Shown one piece after another: positions 63,727 through 64,000 of a stretch of 64,000 nucleotides of DNA. This stretch comes from Eledone cirrhosa. Taxonomy: Eukaryota. Position 1 is the first letter of the stretch. Each line of letters opens with the position of its first letter. Made by a program: the position numbers and the translations under genes. The stretch spans positions 39,804,001 to 39,868,000 of the forward strand of contig OZ024740.1 of assembly GCA_964016885.1 (NCBI GenBank), written 5' to 3'. The notes below the pieces were generated by a model. That model saw nothing but the letters and a program-made list of their open reading frames with translations. It did not search any database and had not been told where the DNA came from.

Positions 63727-63827
63727 GCATGCTACTGTACGTCTGTATACATATATGTATGTACGTATACATACATACTTACATTTAAGTAAGTGCCGTA
63801 CTAAGAGTGAGAAATGAAATTTCGTTT

Positions 63828-63832
<5 letters not shown>

Positions 63833-63885
<53 letters not shown>
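63833..63885. repeat. (TA)n microsatellite
   Basis: Direct reading. Confidence 0.97.
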
Positions 63886-63887
<2 letters not shown>

Positions 63888-64000
63888 CATAGGATCAAGA
63901 TTTTTGGCATTATGTAGTAATACAGAAGACATGCCTTCCCATGCGCACGGACATACATCCAGTAGGCACCTCATAACCACTATACCCCAACCCACCCACT
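63884..64000 (+). mobile_element. RTE-like LINE copy 3, heavily 5'-truncated, running off the window
   Basis: ATGACATAGGATCAAGATTTTTGGCATTATGTAGTAATACAGAAGAC matches the ORF end of copy 1 (ATGACACACGACCGTGACCTCTGG...GTAATACAGAAGAC). CCAGTAGGCACCTC matches the 3'UTR of copy 2. Confidence 0.7.

Larger units (their letters stand above)
62886..63835 (+). repeat. ~466-bp hammerhead repeat, right arm (2 tandem units plus 19 bp)
   Basis: AAATTTCGTTTCATTCTA starts at 62886, 63352 and 63817 (periods 466 and 465). Units differ by only a few substitutions and in TA-tract length. Confidence 0.95.

Overview
Eukaryotic, gene-free repeat DNA. The interspersed repeats resemble octopus/cephalopod families, but that assignment is from recall and was not searched. 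Positions 1-56387 are one uninterrupted array of a 37-bp satellite (TATTGAGTTAACATACAACTGTGTACACCACACTCAA, 1524 units). It is rich in palindromes and shows nested multi-kb duplications. The last 7.6 kb is a pile of mobile elements, most of them flanked by (TA)n tracts: a piggyBac-type MITE, a 1.96-kb internally deleted Helitron with both termini, three 5'-truncated RTE-like LINE copies, and tRNA-derived SINE and LINE-tail fragments. The most notable signal is two unrelated families of type I hammerhead ribozymes. One lies in a ~466-bp tandem/inverted non-coding repeat (61579-63835; retrozyme or Penelope pLTR-like, with an octamer motif upstream). The other lies in an AT-rich inverted element (58862-59256). 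No intact host gene is visible.
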